From: an uncultured Acidobacteriota bacterium
GTDB lineage: Bacteria > Acidobacteriota > Blastocatellia > RBC074
Length of the DNA: 64,000 bases
Assembly (NCBI GenBank): GCA_963796275.1
Contig: CAWCKY010000002.1
Location: forward strand, 480,001-544,000
Reading direction: 5' to 3'
The stretch's first letter is position 1; every line of letters starts with the position of its first letter. Below, piece by piece: positions 61,350-64,000 of this stretch. A program made the translations under genes and the position numbers. Under the pieces are notes generated by a model. That model did not search any database and was not told the DNA's origin. It saw nothing but the letters and a program-made list of their open reading frames with translations.

Positions 61350-63842
61350 TCACTGTCTCCCGCCGATGGGGTCGCCGGGCGGTGTCGGCAATGGAGTTGT
61401 AGCCCGTCTGACGGCGTCAGGTCGATTCAAAAATCGTTCGATTTCATCCCGCGTCGCGCTCCGATGCGCGTCGTTCGCGGCTTTGAGCGTCGCGTTCAAA
61501 CTTCGCAATGTGGCAGTCGCTTCGGCGCGGACGAGGGGTGAGGCGTTTTCATCGCCGGCCAGATCCATCAATCGCTGTGTGGTCAGGCTCTGCACGGAAT
61601 GCTGGATGGCGCGGTGGTATGAATTCTGCGACGCGGGCGCTTTCCAGGTAGCGGCGATGATCGCGTCGAGCGCCTCCTTGAAGCTGGGATAGTCGGGCTT
61701 CTGCGCGTGGAAATAGATCATCCGCGCGGCGCGGTTCGGATTTAGCAATGTGCCGAGCACCAGATCGGCGGCTATTGTCGCCGCGCCCAGCGGATCGAAC
61801 GCTGGATCGGTTCGCCGGCTGAAGTATTCCGTCGCACCGCCTTCAAATCCCGTCGCCACCGGCGGTATCAGCTCAAGGATGTGTTGCGGAATAGCCAGCT
61901 CTTCCACCCTGATAGTGTCGAGAATCGCATTTAACGCTTCACGCTGGCGATCGGGAGGAACGATCTCGCGATACCTCGCCGGACTCGGACCGTTTGCGGT
62001 CTTGATCGCATAAGTGAAGTACAGTCCGCCAACCGATTTCGCCGCAGCCAGGAGTTGATACCGGTGGTGCAGATACAACGGCAGCAGCTTCGCATCGAGG
62101 GCCGACAGCGGTTGTCCCGATGAGATGCTGTTCAAGCCGAATTTCTTCAATCCGATTCGCCGCACCTCGGTCTCGTGTCGCAGCGTCGCAATCGCGTCGG
62201 CCCCGTTGTCCCAAACGCTCGCCAGCGGATGCGCCGTCCCGACGCCTCGTCCATCGCTGTCGTCGATGAACAACATTCCCTCAGCAATTCCCTTCTGCAC
62301 GATCTTCTCAAGCTCGATCTTCTCATCAGCGCCCGGCGCAATCTCGGCGTAAGCGAACTTGACCGAGAACTTGTCGTATTCACCTATACCGGCGGCATAA
62401 GCGTTCGACAGATCGAGCTTTCCATCTTTGATCTCCACCCACGGTGCGGGATAGTCCATCACAGATGCGCGCCCGTAGCTCGAGGCGGCAAAATTATGGG
62501 AGAAGCCGAGCGTATGGCCTACTTCATGCGCCGAAAGTTGGCGGATGCGCGCCAATGCCATCGCCGCCGAATCGGTAGCGGGATCGCCCGTAGAGGCGGT
62601 TGCCAGATAGCCCATCTCCGGCGAATCACCCGCCTCGCAATAAGCACCCATCCCATCACTCTGCGCCGTAATCGGCGGAACCATTCCCGTGCCGAGCATC
62701 ACGTCCTGGCGGATGCGCAAGCTTCCGATCGAGACGTTGCCCTTGATGATTTCGCCAGTACGCGGATCCCATACTGAAGCGCCGTAAGACCAGCCCCGCG
62801 TCGAACGATGCACCCAATTGATCATGTTGTAGCGCACATCCATCGGATCAGCATCCGGCGGCAAGATTTCAACGCGAAACGCGTTCTTGAAGCCGGCCGC
62901 TTCAAACGCCTGCGCCCACCAAGACGCGCCGTCGACCAATGCGCTGCGAATCGGTTCGGGCACGCCGTTATCCACGTAATAGACAATCGGATTGACCGCC
63001 TCGCTGACCGCGGCATTCGTGTCCTTCTTCAGCAATCGGTGGCGTCTGATCCAGCGCTTTTCAATCGGTTCATTGAACGGCGACGCATAGTCGTAAAACA
63101 TCATCGGCATCGCGCTGACGCGCGGATCGTAGGCGCGCGGCCGGTAATCGCGGGCAGGCAACTCGACGAACGAATGATGCTGTCTTATCGTGACCGAGCT
63201 CGCGGTCGGCGTGACGCCGCGAAGCAATGAGCCGGGCTCATCGCCGGCGACCGTGACGATCGTTTCGACCTCCGTATTTTTCGGGAAACCTTTGGTACGG
63301 GACAGATGGAAGGCGCTGCGCGATTCATCGAAGCGGTAATTGCCCTGCCGGCTCGCGCGCAATCTTTCAACCACGCCGTGCGCGTCGCGCAGGAAAAAAG
63401 CCGTCGCATCAACCAGAACCCGGCCGGCGTCAGCCGCTTCGACCTTGAACCCCCAGATCACCGACCGCGCGAATGAATCTGCCACCGCACGCCGTTCGGC
63501 TTCGTCATTGCTCAGAGCGCGATAGCGATAATTCGGCTGTATCATCAAGACCTTCGGCCCCACGCGCTCGAAGTAGACGACATAGGTTCCGCCGAGCTGC
63601 CCGCGATCAAGCCCGATGGGATTCGAACCCACGCCCGCCGGCAGCGAGACCTGATAGAGCAGCTCGGTATTGAACCGCGCGATCTCCATCCACATCTTGC
63701 CCGCGCCAGCGTCCCAGTAGAGCGGAATGTAACCGTCGACTTTCTGTAACCCGGCGGTCTGCGCGGCGATCGTCTTTATATTTTGCGCGTAGATGGGCAT
63801 TGCGCACATCAATGCCAAGAGGGCGATGATCAAGCGTTTCAT
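61350..63842 (-). CDS. Secreted zinc-dependent metalloprotease (DUF5117/DUF5118/EcxA-type)
   Basis: Signal peptide; '[13 protein letters not shown]' (HExxHxxGxxH); 'ASVMDYP' Met-turn; 'PIVYYVD'. Confidence 0.9.
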   Translation of the reverse strand: MKRLIIALLALMCAMPIYAQNIKTIAAQTAGLQKVDGYIPLYWDAGAGKMWMEIARFNTELLYQVSLPAGVGSNPIGLDRGQLGGTYVVYFERVGPKVLMIQPNYRYRALSNDEAERRAVADSFARSVIWGFKVEAADAGRVLVDATAFFLRDAHGVVERLRASRQGNYRFDESRSAFHLSRTKGFPKNTEVETIVTVAGDEPGSLLRGVTPTASSVTIRQHHSFVELPARDYRPRAYDPRVSAMPMMFYDYASPFNEPIEKRWIRRHRLLKKDTNAAVSEAVNPIVYYVDNGVPEPIRSALVDGASWWAQAFEAAGFKNAFRVEILPPDADPMDVRYNMINWVHRSTRGWSYGASVWDPRTGEIIKGNVSIGSLRIRQDVMLGTGMVPPITAQSDGMGAYCEAGDSPEMGYLATASTGDPATDSAAMALARIRQLSAHEVGHTLGFSHNFAASSYGRASVMDYPAPWVEIKDGKLDLSNAYAAGIGEYDKFSVKFAYAEIAPGADEKIELEKIVQKGIAEGMLFIDDSDGRGVGTAHPLASVWDNGADAIATLRHETEVRRIGLKKFGLNSISSGQPLSALDAKLLPLYLHHRYQLLAAAKSVGGLYFTYAIKTANGPSPARYREIVPPDRQREALNAILDTIRVEELAIPQHILELIPPVATGFEGGATEYFSRRTDPAFDPLGAATIAADLVLGTLLNPNRAARMIYFHAQKPDYPSFKEALDAIIAATWKAPASQNSYHRAIQHSVQSLTTQRLMDLAGDENASPLVRAEATATLRSLNATLKAANDAHRSATRDEIERFLNRPDAVRRATTPLPTPPGDPIGGRQ

Positions 63843-63973
63843 TGTTCTCCTCTGTCTTTAAAAAAGGTAACGAACGAATCGATGGTGGGTTGTAGTCCGA
63901 GTTGCGGCGGCGCTCTGACGGCGCCATGAACTATCACAGATGAAAGCCGTCCTGTATCGGACAGCTATTCGGT

Positions 63974-64000
63974 TTATCAATTATCAATTATCAATTATCA
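63974..64000. repeat. Heptamer array (TTATCAA)n running off the window end
   Basis: Reverse complement of the arrays at 57.7 and 61.2 kb. Confidence 0.8.

Overview
A 64-kb bacterial chromosome segment that looks acidobacterial (Blastocatellia-like; inferred from three Oar-type TonB-dependent receptors with N-terminal carboxypeptidase-regulatory domains, ADOP permease relics and a wHTH-TPR regulator). Positions ~1-56 kb are accessory, catabolic and secreted-enzyme genes: TBDRs, MFS transporters, a LarA-like protein, a PQQ-type propeller, an IorAB-type molybdoenzyme, a GHL10 hydrolase, serine hydrolases, a lyase-like protein, a TetR/ABA4 module, oxoprolinase, an M28 peptidase, a PP2C phosphatase and an acyl-CoA ligase. 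Positions ~56.6-61.2 kb are core translation genes (rplM-rpsI, rpsB-tsf-pyrH-frr), followed by a zinc metalloprotease. I recognised no rRNA, tRNA, CRISPR array or transposase. The most notable signals are non-coding. (1) A ~246-bp non-autonomous element occurs three times, with terminal inverted repeats, 8-bp target duplications and nested REP-like palindromes; one copy splits two genes that were 2 nt apart. (2) There are three separate ADOP-permease 3'-end relics, plus other genes collapsed by internal deletion with both ends kept. (3) Operator motifs can be read directly (TetR TAACAsTGTTA; GntR-type TGGT-N3-ACCA). (4) Heptamer arrays lie just after translation genes. (5) Ribosomal protein S2 has an RG-rich C-terminal extension. 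Four +1 frameshifts, one in rpsI, are probably sequencing errors. All product calls come from motif recognition by eye, not database searches.
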